A DNA stretch of 64,000 bases from Eledone cirrhosa (GCA_964016885.1 OZ024742.1:338582001-338646000); one strand, 5' to 3'; counted from the first letter of the stretch, positions 1 through 13,169 are shown. Numbers and translations: made by a program. The notes: generated from the sequence alone by a model not told the origin.

Positions 1-508
1 AGTGTATGAGTTACCTATACCTCGCTACTTGAATAATACACAAATATTATCAAAAACCGAAAGTACACTGTAAGCCAACACACCATGTCATCAGACCTTT
101 GTATTAGAATGATATGAAAATATTTTATACACTAGATAACAGATAAAGAAGGAGGTAGGAAGAGAAGGGGAAGAGGGAAGTGAGTAAGGTGGAGGGAGTC
201 TTAGGGTTTAAGACTGTCAGACTAGTAGAGATTGTGAAGAGAGAATGTTTTGGCAGCAGTTAGCTTAATGAGGCGTGCTAAGGTTGGCTGGGAAGTAGAT
301 ACTTCTAGTGGTGTTGTTCGGACAAAATTTAGTTAGAGGGGTCAAAGTGGTACAATGTCACAGACAAGTTATTAGGGCTATTATAGTAGCAGGTTATTTC
401 TAAAGGGGTCCAGAAAAACAGTGTTTAGTACTATTATTATAGAAAGCCATATCTAGTGTATAAACATATAAGACAGAAATTTGCAAACGTTGGTGTAAAA
501 AGGTAACA

Positions 509-2675
509 TTATATGCATTTAAAAAAAGAAAAAGTCGTTTTCAAACGATGGTTACAGTATAGAGAACGTTCAATTTTGCTGTTCAAAAGTTTGTTTACCG
601 ACGTTAAAATGCAGTATATCTCTAAATTGCATAACTTGCAGAATCGATGATTTTGCTGATATGCAGGCGCAGCTGCAATAATTTGCCAATCAAGGGAGAA
701 CGCTTGATTGTTCCTCCGAAGCTGCCGGGCTTTATCGGCGAGGGTTGTTACGGAGCGCATTTTCCCGTGCCTGATCGAAGATCGATGTTGGTATAGGCGA
801 GCCTTGAAAGAAGTTGCGGTACATCCGACGTAATACCATTTGTTGGTCCCGGAATTTATTGTACACCGGTAGACAATATTGCGTGCTAGGCACTGGTTAT
901 TCAGTGGGCACGTACCTGGTTTGATGCAGTTACAACTATTTTTATGTTTTGCAGTAGAATCCTGGATAGTTTGGTGGGGTTGTGGTTGCGTGTTAGTGCG
1001 TTGCATGTTGCTATGCTGGTGCGCTGAGTCATTAGGGATGTACTTATTCAGTATTGCTGAGTTGAGTTTTCTAATTAGTTGTTCTATGTTAGGTGCAGTG
1101 GAGTATGATAGTCTAATGGTGCGCGAGTTAAAGATTTTATAGTATTTATGTGAAGTTGTAAAGTGTTTATTGATTAGTGTATAGAATTGTGAGATAATCT
1201 TAGTGCTAATAGAAGAATTGTACACGGGGTTATACCATATGTACTCTCTACGTCTGACTCTATTTGCTGGTTTGCACCTGTTAGTATGCCTATTGATGTG
1301 TGTGTGTGGTGCAATACTAGTTCGACTTAGATGTGTTTTATTCATAGTACTTATGTGGTTATCGTCTAGATATTCAATTTTCTCGCAGTAACCAGCTTTT
1401 CTAAGTGCGTCATTATAATATTCAGCATGCTCGTTGAAGGTCTGCAAATTAGACGACAGTCGGGAGATCCTTATGGATATATTTTTAGGGATAGATTTAA
1501 TAATGGAATGAGGATGGTTCGATTTTACATTAACGTACTTAAGATTTTCATTAAGATTGTGAAATGGCTCTATATTACCGTTATTAAGGTTGAAGGTAAC
1601 ATCCAAGAAGTTGACCACCTTAAGATTGTGTTCAAAGGTAATATTAAGCCCTAGTTCTAAGAAAAGTTTCCTAATGTTTTTACGTCGCCTTTCTAGGTTT
1701 TGTTTGTTCATATTCTTGACTAATAGAAGTGTATCGTCGCGGTATATTCCGCCGTGGAGGTCCGTAAATTCGCTCTGGAGTCTATGGGCTATATAGATCC
1801 CAACCAAATCCGTGACCTCCGCCGAATCATTAGAACCCATCGTAATGTCGAATTCCGAGGGTCTATCCCTGCGGACCCAATAACTATTTTCAAAGTGCAC
1901 TACTGTGCGTCTAGCTTCAAGTATAATATTAATTTCCTCGTTTGTGAGGTCCGAGTTAGTCTTAGCGAAAGAGAGGGCCTTATGCAGGGTTTCGGGTGAA
2001 ATAGAGGAATAGTATTCATCTATATCGAATTGAATAAAAGAAGATTTGTTTTTGTCCCTAATGTTATTGAACCATCTTATTGCCTGATGAGTATTACCCC
2101 ATAATTTAATATCTACCTTAGCCTTAACTTGGGGGATAATACGATCTAATATGTACTTACTAATCTTACCTATATCGGACTTTGAAGGACATATTAATCT
2201 AATTTTAGGGTTAGTATCGAAGTTATCCTTATGGTCCTTCAGATTAAAAGTCGGTGTAGCTGGGGATAGGGGTACCGTTCTGTCGTCAATTTTCAATTTC
2301 CTAACAATATCACATGCTGCGTTATTAATGTTGGTTAGTGTAGTTGCGTTTGTTTTTTTGTATTTCCTATGTAATTCCTTATGTATAAAATTGTTATATG
2401 TTTCTACATCCAGGGTGTATAGATTCGAAGTTTTGTCTGCCTTTATGATAATTCCTTTGGTATTCCTTAGGTTGTTGAGTAGAGTTTTAATATCTCGTTG
2501 CAGTTCGTTTTTCCTTCCATTTGTAAATTTGATTTCGGTTATCATTTTCATTAAGTCCTGTTCGAAAGAATCCAAAAGAGGGTTAGAGGGTGGGTTTTTG
2601 TAGGATTTGAAACTAAACTTCTCGTTGTTGGTGTCCGAAGTTTGTGTAATCCTTTTCCGATCGAAGTGGAAGGCC
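509..2675 (-). mobile_element. Penelope-like retroelement (Naiad/Hydra-like type), RT + C-terminal GIY-YIG endonuclease, 5'-truncated but uninterrupted ORF
   Basis: 688-aa ORF with LKDHK, SKSDIGKISK, QFDIDEYYSSI, MGSNDSAEVTDLVG, IYRDD, VNFLDVTF, SNHP, CNC..CPL..CL and IVY..YYVG..FKARLYQH. The frame continues upstream to ~2675 (AFHFDRK) and ends at a TA-rich tract. Confidence 0.93.
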
Positions 2676-2995
2676 TATACAGTATATATATATACATAAA
2701 TACAGACACACACACATGAATATAAAATCCCCCCTTCTGCTACAATGACCATGGGTTTTGCACATAGAAAGTTCCACCCCGGGCAAGGTATTTTTGTGGA
2801 AGGCCAGCAGTCACCCACGCACACCACCGATATCCAAGTGAAAAGCCGATACCAGTGAATTGGAGGATCGTAAAATAAAATGTCTTACTGAAAGACACAA
2901 CGCACCGCCTGATCAGAGAATCAAACTCACAACCCCCCCCCCCCCCCTCTCTCTCTCTCACACACATATATATATAATCTTCTTCGCCTACTTAT

Positions 2996-3400
2996 TTACT
3001 GGAGAGTCGTAGGGACAGAGTCCTCAGGCACGCTTTTCAGCAATATTACATGTCCGTAGTATCGGAACTGTGATCTCTCAATCCGGAGAAGTAACCCCTC
3101 TACCTGGAGTAACTCTCTGATCTCCGGTCTACGACCTTTATCGTGTAACATAACTCCGAGGACCCTTCGAAGGAATCCCATTTCGGCCGCTTGTAATACC
3201 GATCACATTCTTTCGGTCAACACTCAAGATTCTTAACTATAGGTAAGGGTTGGCATAAACACCGAATTCAAGTTAGCGAATTTGGCTTTTACACCTAACC
3301 CCCTTCTTCTGATGACAAAATGCAGAAGCTGTTGCATTACTGCATTTAATTTACTTTCCTGTCTTCCACCACAGGTGAAAACGGCCAAGAGATAGTTGAA
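2996..3400 (-). mobile_element. RTE-clade LINE 3' fragment
   Basis: EMGFLRRVLGV...EIRELLQVEGLLLRIERSQFRYYGHV is typical of the RTE C-terminal region. Confidence 0.75.
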
Positions 3401-3485
3401 CAATATATATATATTCGGATCTAGCTTTTCAAACGACCGGAGGTCAGCCGTCGGGGTCCCGAATTTTTCATATATATATATACAG

Positions 3486-3605
3486 TATTTAATATAGAAA
3501 TGGCTTCTCCAGGACTAGAACTGTTTCATTCGGGAGAAATCATCAGGATGATTTCTCCCGAATGAAATAGTTCTAGTCCTGTAGAAGCCATTTCTATATT
3601 AAATA
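3486..3605. repeat. Near-perfect foldback (59-bp arms) containing a hammerhead core
   Basis: 3486-3544 is the reverse complement of 3547-3605 with 2 mismatches. The minus strand reads CTGATGA-tttc-tccc-gaat-GAAAC-agttcta-GTC. Confidence 0.85.
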
Positions 3606-3724
3606 TTTATACTCTGCTATGTATTGAGTACCTTACTTACTGTGGTTACCCCCGATTGAACCAGGGATATATATATATATATACAATATTAAATAAATGG
3701 AAACTATATTTATAAAACCATATT

Positions 3725-3785
3725 TATTCTATTATATATATTTCAAGGGTACCAAAACGTTGGTACTCTCTCATCAGATAAAATA
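3725..3785 (-). ncRNA. Type I hammerhead ribozyme (PLE-associated, short stem III)
   Basis: Minus strand: tattttat CTGATGA gagagtaccaa-cgtt-ttggtaccctt GAAA tatatata atagaata. This gives an 8-bp stem I, a 10/11-bp stem II, a palindromic TATATA stem III/loop and an AUA triplet. Confidence 0.75.
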
Positions 3786-4940
3786 CAAAGTTTGTTTTAT
3801 AAATATTGACGTAACCAGGAAAGAAGAACTTAACAGTTCAAGATTTTCCTGGATAGTGAAGGAAAGAAGGGAAAGAGAAGACAAGTCAAATATTTCAAAT
3901 TATTAAGATGAGTATGCAAATGAGGCTGAGGTATAGGGCTGAAAAAAAAACGTTATTTTTAGACGCTAGGTAGATTTAAATAATTATTAGCATATATGTA
4001 TGTATGTATAGGAAGAAGAAAGAGAAAGAAAGAAGTGCTTGTATTTACGTTAATTTAAAAAGAATTAACAGTTTGAAGGAATGGTGGAATATGATTCCAG
4101 AATTTAAAAATTATTTAGCTATATTATGAGTTATAATATTGTATATATAATCAATTAGATTATATGAAGAATTATGGTTGTAAGTACATTTTATCTTATA
4201 TTGCAACAGGTTGTAAGTATATAAATATCTATATAGATTAATAATTGTGCAAGTATAAGTATTATTGGTGATTTTATAGAAATAAATCACAATTATTAGT
4301 TGTTTACATTTCTCATATGAGTTACGAAGGAAGTTGATTTTGAATTTTACATTAAAAAAATCTAAGAAAAAGATGTAGTTCAAGTTGTAAGAGAACAATT
4401 TGTAGATTCAAATATTTTGTTCCAACATTGAAAATGTTTTCAGAATATTGTTAATTTAGCGAAGTTATATAGTTTATCATACAAGTTATAATGTTTATGT
4501 TTACTCGATTGAAAAGGAAAAGATAACTCCAATCTTATTTACTAACTGTTAAATTTGATGAATGATTTACTCAGAAAGTATGTAGAGAAAATTATATATT
4601 ATTTTGTGTGAGATTAACTTTTTCAAGGATGAGAGTTTCAATTATATATTATTTTAGTCGAAAGATGTGTGAAAAGTTTGAAGATTAAAAAAGAGGAAAA
4701 AAGTATTGTGCATTTCGAAGAACTATCGTAAAGAGGATATCTTTCAGAATGTCAATTAAAGATTATCAATCTACATCTAAAAAAAAAAAAAATAGATTTA
4801 GAAGAGTATCATCAGAAAATAATATCAAATGGTAAAATTATTAAAATTAAGAAGGAAGATCATTTAAAAAATTTAAATTTTTATAGAAATACTCAGTAAA
4901 TAATAGGATCATTTTAAAGGTGTATAAGATATAGTCAAGC

Positions 4941-7198
4941 GTAATGAATATCATAAATTAAAAATACTTCTGAAAGTGGAATTTTGGCGATGTTTGCAAC
5001 TAGAAAATAATTCTGTTTTAAGATTTGACAGTTAATTATCTAAAAAATTTTCTCGATACACAAATGACAGATTCTTGAGAAAGCCATATTTCGGTATGCA
5101 GGTGCTTTCGAAATCGTTCCCCAAGATATTGAATAGTCTATATTTTTGTCTTTTAAATTCCAAATTAAATGTGAAAGTGAAGTGGAAGATTTTTTTTATC
5201 AGACCTATTAAATGTATGTTTGTGGTTGTACCAGCGTTCTTTGAATTTTGTAGAAGTGGCACCTATATACTTAAATATTTTGTCTCTAGTTTTAACTGTG
5301 CATTTATAAATTACGTTTTTGTCTAAGCAATTATTTTGTAAAGGGCAGTTTGATTTAATTCTACAGTTACATTTTCTGGAGTTTTTGTTATTAGGAACGG
5401 TACTATTATTATGAATATTGTTGTTAGAAATATTATTATTGCTATCTTGGTTTGTTTGGTTAGGGTTTAAATTTAAGTTTCTATTATTAATTCTATTTAT
5501 ATTTTGAGCTATGTTCATAGTAGTAGAGTAGGATAGTTTTATAGTGTGTCTGTTAAAAATAGAGTGGTATCTGTGGGCTTTAGGAAAACACTTATCTAGT
5601 GCTTTAAAAAATAGCTTTGCTAAAGGTGTTTTAACGCCTAATGAGAATGAGGGAGAGTACCAAATAATATTTTTAGTTCTAGTTTTCTTGTTTCAACTAT
5701 TTAAGTTGAATTTTTTATTGTTATTATAATGAATTCTAGGATGATTTGTCATGTTATTGTTATCCAAGTATTTAATTTTATTCGAGTATCCTGCTCTATG
5801 TAAAGCCTCATTGTAATATTCTGCCTTATCATCAAAAATATTTTTATTAGCAAAGATGCATGAAATCCGTTGCTGGACGCTATTGACAATAATGTTTTTT
5901 ATATTTCTAGGATGATTAGAATTGAAACTTACGTAATTTAGATTTTCGTTAATTTTATGGAATGGATAATAAAGACCTGAGCTAAGGTTTAAAGTTACAT
6001 CTAAGAAGTTAACGATTTTGTAATTATTCTCGATTTCTAAATTAAGGTTGTAGTTGTTGAAAAATTGTATTATGGATTTCTTTTTCCTATTAATTTTACT
6101 ATTGCTATGGTTTTCAATTAAAAGCAACATATCGTCGCGATATAAACCTCCGGTCATCTCTGGCATTTTTCTATGCAGTACATTATTAATAAATAACCCA
6201 ACGAGGTCCGTTACTTGCGCCGAGTCAGATGATCCCATAATGATATCAAAATTGTTTTTTCTGTCGGCTCTTGTCCAGAGATGATTATTAAATTCTATTA
6301 GGGTTTTACGTGCTGTTAGAATTATATTCATTTCTTCACTAGATAGGTCTGTATGTTTAGAAGCGTAGATAAGTGCCTTATTAAGTAAACTAGGGGTAAT
6401 AGAGGAGTAGTAATTTGCAATATCCATTTGAATGAATTTTTTCTTATGTTTTAATTTTATGTTTTTAAACTAATCTATTACTTCGTTAGTACCGTTCCAT
6501 AGTTTAAGGTGTGATTTTTCTTTAAGTAGTGGTATAATTCTATCTAGTATATGCTTGCTAATTATGCTTAAGTCAGATTTAGATGGTTCGATGAGTCTGA
6601 CTGGTAGTTCAATTTCAACATTTCTTTTGTGGTCCTTCAAGTTAATCTTCGGTTTTCTAGGTATAAAGGGTTCAGTCCTATTTTGAATGCCTAATTTATA
6701 AATAATTTCCGAAGCTTCCCTATTTAAGGTTGAAAGATCTTCATTTGATGTCATTTTATAGTTTTTCCTGAGTTCTTTCAGTATAAGGTTATTATAGTCG
6801 TCCTTTACCATACCATATAAATTATTTGTTTTGTCAGATTTTACAAGGATCTTCTTTGTTTTTTCTAGATTGTCTATTTTATTCTTGAGGCCTTTGAGGT
6901 ACTCTTGGCCGATAAATTGGTTTCTTTTAAATTTAATGTTTTGTATAATAGAGATTACTTCATTTTAAAATTTGGCTAGTAGTTTGTTGCTAGGTGGATT
7001 CTCCTTAGATTTGAAGATAAGATCAAAGTTGTAACTGTATTTATTTATTTTGTTTTCCGATTTTTTATCAAAATGGAAAGCACGCCATCTAAGTCTTCGT
7101 AGAAAGGAGTCAGATTTTTCTATGAGTTGTTTTAGATATTCCTTATTTTTAGGTAAGGGTACATCCTTTAGAGAAGAAGAAATCCTAAAGAATTCCAT
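4941..7198 (-). mobile_element. Penelope-like element, near full-length coding region, frameshifted
   Basis: Successive ORFs 6965-7198 (SLKDVPLP..LRRLRWRAFHFD), 6470-6811 (LKDHK), 5693-6427 (MGSSDSAQVTDLVG, LYRDD) and 5165-5518 (CNC..CPL, VIY..YIG GIY-YIG). Confidence 0.92.
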
Positions 7199-7314
7199 TA
7201 TTTTTGCAATCAGTTATAGTTTAAAGTGTTCAACATTAAAGGAGCTATTTATAAGCAAAAGAGATATTCAATTTGTTGGTAATTCAACAAATATAAATGT
7301 TTATAACAGATTCA

Positions 7315-8037
7315 AGAACGCAATGCCCATGTCTCACTGCCATGTAGCATTGCTGTTCGTATACAAGCATCATACAATCTGCCTTTCATTTTTAGAGAGA
7401 AACCTTTTGTGGCCAACAGCGGTATAAGCTCTCTGAACTTTTTCCATCCCGTTCTGACTCTGGCTACTGTACTTTCAGAACACCCTCCACCACTGCTGAT
7501 TTCGTCACCCAGGTAACAGAAAGTGTCTACTATTTCTATAGAACCATCTGGACAATAGAAGGAGCTAGTATCCTGTGGACACTTGCTACCTATTGCACCT
7601 GAGCATCGGCCACATATAAAGTCTACGTTCTTAGATAGTTTACCTGTGATCCCACTACATCTTTTAAAACACATACTTTGCATTTGGGACATAAAATTGA
7701 ATTTCTGCCTCCTCCTTTCCTACACACTGAGCAAGGCTATTTCTCTGAGGGTACCTGTGCATTATTTTCCTTTCTACAAACTAGGACTTTAGTCTTAGAC
7801 AAGTTAACTTTAAGGCCTTTTGATTCTAGGCCATGCTTCCATGTTTGGAATTTGTTCTCTAGTTCAGCCATTGATTCAGCTATGAGCGTTAGATCATCTG
7901 CATATAGGAGTTCCATTGGGCAGCCGTTCTTGAACTCCTCTGTTATAGCCTGAAGGGCAATAATAAATAGGAGGGGGCTAAGGACAGAGCCTTGGTGAAC
8001 ACCAGCTTTTACACTAAATTCTTCACAATATTCATTG

Positions 8038-8040
<3 letters not shown>
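7315..8040 (-). mobile_element. RTE-clade LINE fragment (RT with PHD-like insert)
   Basis: GVHQGSVLSPLLF, LYADD, KTKVL, HGSETW; frameshifted. Confidence 0.9.
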
Positions 8041-8097
<57 letters not shown>

Positions 8098-8521
8098 TAT
8101 AAATATAAATGATCGAGAATCGTATTTCGGCCTATGAAATAACAAAAAAACAACCTCCGAGATGTGTGGCAAGTGCTCAATGGTTCAGAAGAACCAGAGC
8201 TACAACATACGTTAAAGGCCAAACACACTAAGACGATGGTTAAACAATCATCCGCACAGCCAAAAAAACGATCAAGTAATTCGGGTCAAACAAATAAAAA
8301 TATATGTGATTGAAAATTTACCCGGACCCCTGGAAGGTTGGTAAAATCCAGCATTTGGGTTTCTGCGACTCCTAAATCAAGTACTGTCCGCTTACATAAA
8401 AAAATGTTAGGCTTCTGGTAAGATGATTGAACAAGGAAGCCACTTTTTCAACAGGTTTTTGTTCAATGCTAATACAAGGAATGACTATTACTAACCCCAC
8501 ACATATATATGTATATTAACA

Positions 8522-8595
<74 letters not shown>

Positions 8596-8923
8596 GTGAA
8601 ACTAATAACACCATGTACTATTGACTCATGCATTTTTTTAAATTATCCATTTGAACTATATATATATATATATATTGTAAGGAATCATATATATATATTT
8701 ACTGTAAGGAATCACAATCCCCATAGAATAGAAAACCTCAATAAGCATATCCATAAATTCTTTAAAGCCTCTCAGTAACAATAGACCATAACCATCAGAT
8801 AGTTAACTTCCTTGATGTAACATTAGAGTTAGATACAGGCCTATATAGACTCTACCATAAGCCAGGCGAGGTACTTTCGTACATTAACAAATCCTCCAAC
8901 TACCCCACCTCTACCCTTAACTC

Positions 8924-10552
8924 TGTAGCAGTGGCCTCCCTTGTTGTGACTCACAACCCCAATAGATTAACATCTAGACGGGAAGTAGAACCCTTTAACA
9001 TTACGAATACACAGCAAATTTATTGACAAACTATGAAAATACTCAGTAAAAGAAACGAACACACCACGCACATGTGAAATTTTCGCACAGACAGACTTTT
9101 TCTCTCACGCATCAACTAACTGTCGCATTTCACAATATATATATATATTTCACGTTTCTTACAACGAACACTTTCAAAAAAAAAAAAAAAAAAAGAAATT
9201 TGATATTTTTTAAAAAACATTTCAACAGGAAAATTTATTTTCGATGAACCCTTGCCTTTTTTTTTTTCATCGTTTTCTTCATCGTTCAAGTTTTTTTTTC
9301 AAAGTTCACACCAATAATTATGCTAAGTGAAGCCTTTCTTTTTCATCATTGTCACTTTCACACTTGCACTATCATTTTCTCGCGCGTTAGAAATATTATT
9401 TTTTTAAACCTAACTTAACCTTGTATTGGCACGTGTAGGCAGCACAAATTCTCGACTCACAGAGATAGCCGCACGCCAGAGATAGCCGCACGCCAGAGAT
9501 AACGTTTCTCGCCAAGGATTCTTCAGCCTTAAGCTATATTCTCCTATTTGCCGGTTTAAAAATTTACCACGTAAATTTGCCGTTGAAAACTGCGCATTTA
9601 TTCAGAATGCTTATTTCTTTGGTCGCTGGCCTCTTGACCCTTCCAGGTCAACGCATTCTCAACATCGACCATCAACTTCGACCATCAATTTCTAGCACTT
9701 TTGCGCAACTCATTTTTTTTCCTAAAAAAATTTTTTTTTTAACTGTGAATTTAAACACCGAATACGCTCACTCAGCGAGACAACAACATCAACAGCAACA
9801 CAGCTTCACCAACAACCAAAACCAGCAGAACAAGCCAGAGAATTTATTTTTGCAGCACTCTTCCTGTGAGAAAATCCATTCGGAGGTTGGACATTTTACG
9901 ATATACGACAGAGCAGAAACCACCTGCATTCATTCTCTGGAACACACTTTCTTTCCTGCTGTCATGTGATTGCACACCTGTGAACTATATTTTGTACATT
10001 TGAACTTTGAGCTCTTCTCTTACTTTATTACATTGTATCTTTGGGTGATGGATAGATAGATGTCCAGTCGTTCTCTGGCCAAGAGCGGTTGGCTACCTTG
10101 ACATCTATCATTGATTTTTGCAAACATTCTTTTGTCGTAATTTTCATGCCTGTTACAACATTCTCGCCAACTTGCTACATATTTCATTCGATTTTTATAT
10201 TCTAAAATTCTGGCGGGAGGTTATGTAGCAGTGGCCTCCCTTGTTGTGACTCACAACCCCAATAGATTAACATCTAGACGGGAAGTAGAACCCTTTCTGT
10301 AACTTCCGGCAGAGCCCTATAAAACGAATAGCCTTCGGCTCTCTCCCTCTCATTTGCCCTTCCGGCCTTCCCCAGGCGTCTCGCGTTTGCCTGGCAATCA
10401 AAACGGTAACTACTAACTTTGCTTCATTCTATCATCTATTACTTTGACATGTCAACTATACTGTTCTATATATATCCATGATTGTTAATTAAATATTATA
10501 CACACAAACCATGTATCCTCATACATTCATACAACCCAGTATCTTCGCTATA
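8924..10552 (+). mobile_element. Non-autonomous LTR element (truncated 5' LTR, full 3' LTR 10224-10552)
   Basis: TGTAGCA... direct repeat at 8924 and 10224. Purine tract GGCGGGAGG precedes the 3' LTR, which ends GCTATA. The TSD ACTC restores the host PLE codons when the element is removed. Confidence 0.85.
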
Positions 10553-11256
10553 ACTCTATAGTTAGAAGCGTCCCACAAAGACTGTCGAGACGATCGGCCA
10601 ACGAGGACCTTTTCGACCAAACCGCTGATTACTACAGCAACGCACTGATCGAATTGGGATATAGTAATAAGATTTCCTACATCCAGGACACTAATTCCAC
10701 TAAATCCCTCTCCTGTAGGGCTAGTATAATGGCGCGGCGCACCAATAATCGCTGTGGCAGTACGTTTGGCAATAATAAATATAGGAATAGAATCGACATA
10801 GCAACTGGCCCAATGCAATATTACATCAACAATAGTAATAGGCTAGGTAGATCCTGGAATCTGTGCAAATCTAATTCAGATAATAGAACTAAAACTAACT
10901 TACTAGAAAACTTCCCCGCATACATGCGCAACAATGGAGACGGCATTTTAACTAGGCCTACCAACAAACATAGAGTAACTCAGGTCGGCCCCTCCGGTGA
11001 TAGGTTAATACATAGGACTAATAAGAACAGAATGCACAACAGACAGCAGCCTAACTGCTGCAGTAAAAGCACCCACCCCAGCAGCAACAACCGCACCGGT
11101 CCAACGACAACACGGTAACGCCGCCGTAATATCCTACAGTTCCTTCCCCCTTACTCAAAGAGTATCGCCTCAAATTTACTTAGAATCTTCTTCGAAATCT
11201 TAGAGAAAAACTTCCCACCTAACCATAGATACCATAAGATCCTAAACAAAAATAAT

Positions 11257-11442
11257 TGTTTCTACTTTAGGCACACGGCCAGCAATTATCCCAGTGTATT
11301 ACTCGTACTTTATTTTATCAACCCCGTAAGAATGAAAGGCACAGTTAACCTCAGCGGGATTTGGATTTAGACTATAACGGGCCGTAACTCTATGCTGCAA
11401 AGCATGGCGTCCGACCCTCTACCAATACTGCCAATCTACCGC
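11257..11442 (-). mobile_element. tRNA-derived SINE with 16-bp TSD
   Basis: TSD cctaaacaaaaataat at 11241-11256 and 11443-11458. Body homologous to the other SINE copies (gcctttcat..ttacgggg..gataaaataaagtac). Confidence 0.88.
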
Positions 11443-11822
11443 CCTAAACAAAAATAATGTCAAAATCTCATACTCAACTACACCTAACCTAGCTGATCTT
11501 ATAGCACTTAGTAACCACATGAAGCTCACTAAAATCAAACCTTCTTGTAATGCCAATATTAGAATGCCTGACAACCTTAATTATAATAATATCGATAGTC
11601 ATAACAGCAATAATAGTAACCAGGATAATAATGATAGTAATAACAATAACATAAACAATATTAACATTATAGAGACTAGCCGCAGCATTAATAGTAGAAT
11701 TTATAACCAGGATAGGAACCATAGCAGGGATAACAACAGCAGTAGAAGGAATCATAATAGGAACAGCAGGAATAACCTCATGTCGCAAAACTATATTTGT
11801 AATAATGCTAACAGCGGTAATA

Positions 11823-11877
<55 letters not shown>

Positions 11878-12495
11878 CACTAAAAATAACAACAAAAAGC
11901 ATTGCAATTGCCGAAACCCTAACAACTGTCCACTCCAGGGCCACTGTCTGATTAAAAATGTAATGCACAGTGACCATCAGCAATAGCACTAAGTCTTACA
12001 TAGGCACCACTTCTAATGAATTCAAGACTAGATTTAGATCGCATCTCCACTCTTTTAGAAATAAGAAACTCAGGTTCTCTACCTCCCTTGCTAGCTATAT
12101 AACACAATTAATGGAATCTCACATTAGCTACACTACCCAGTGGAGTATAGTAGACCAAGCAACGCCTTACAACTTTAGGAAGAATTGTGAGCTATGCCTA
12201 ATGGAAACTTATTATATAGTAAGCTCAGCCCCCACACTTATTAATAGCAGAGCTGAGACTGTAATAAACTGCAACCACAGACTACAACAATCATTCTATA
12301 ACTGGTCTTTCGATCAGAGCAAACATCACGGACGCTCTATCTCAAAATTATTTTTGAAAAGCATTTAGAAATGCGCAACCGGTAAAACTTAAAACCAAAA
12401 CTGAATACTAACCAATACAATTACTAATTCTCATTTATTCCTAATTAAACTATTTTTCACTGTGAACAATTTGTCAGCATTTTCTATTCCGTTTA

Positions 12496-12594
<99 letters not shown>

Positions 12595-12604
12595 GTGTGT
12601 GTAT

Positions 12605-12950
12605 ACTAGCTGAGCTACCCGCTGATTCCCGGGTATTTTATTAAGGTTACAATATTTGACCATTGAAATATGATTGCTGAATTTTAACTAAAGTAGGAAT
12701 TATAACAGAATATTTATTGCCGTTTGTTTAAAGCAAATCATGTAGATAAAGATATTAGTTTTGTCCAGTAGTGATTTTTTAAACACTGTCCCCTATTACA
12801 GTCAGCATATATAATGCTTCGCACTTGGAAGTATCATTAGGTATGTTGTCAGTGAAAAGGGCATGACCAAAAAAATAAATTTAAATTTTATTTATCCTTT
12901 TTTTGGCACAATCAGAACGTCTGAAATTCAAACAAAATGTGAAGGCTATT
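12605..12950 (-). mobile_element. Probable Helitron 3' terminus (non-autonomous remnant)
   Basis: Minus strand: ACCCG-ggaatcag-CGGGT hairpin followed by agctcagCTAG|T. Upstream extent is uncertain. Confidence 0.5.
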
Positions 12951-12957
12951 TTAAAAA

Positions 12958-13022
12958 GCATAAATAAAATAAAATAAAATAAAATAAAATAAAATAAAAT
13001 AAAATAAAATAAAATAAAAAAT
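12958..13022. repeat. (AAAAT)n microsatellite
   Basis: Seen directly. Confidence 0.95.
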
Positions 13023-13169
13023 AAATTTACCATTTGTTATGAATGAAAGAAGAATTTACTTACTCATTTCTGTAATTCAGGAAAGTTTATTTAAATGTGT
13101 ATAAGTGTGGTAAATATATACATATACACCAGGAACCAAACTCCCACTGTCACTACCGCCATCTTTCCC

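Larger units (their letters stand above)
8717..12370 (+). mobile_element. Penelope-like element, 5'-truncated, interrupted by an LTR element and a SINE
   Basis: VNFLDVTLEL at ~8800. The frame resumes at 10557 after the insertion. Then an Asn-rich linker, CNCRNPNNCPLQGHCL and YIGTT..FKTRFRSH (11970-12368). Same family as 42156-43845. Confidence 0.88.

Noticed and set aside
9577-9969. 130-aa ORF shared by both LTR-element copies
   Set aside because: TTG start, no recognisable domain, and the copies differ by a frame-shifted middle segment. The similarity reflects DNA homology only.
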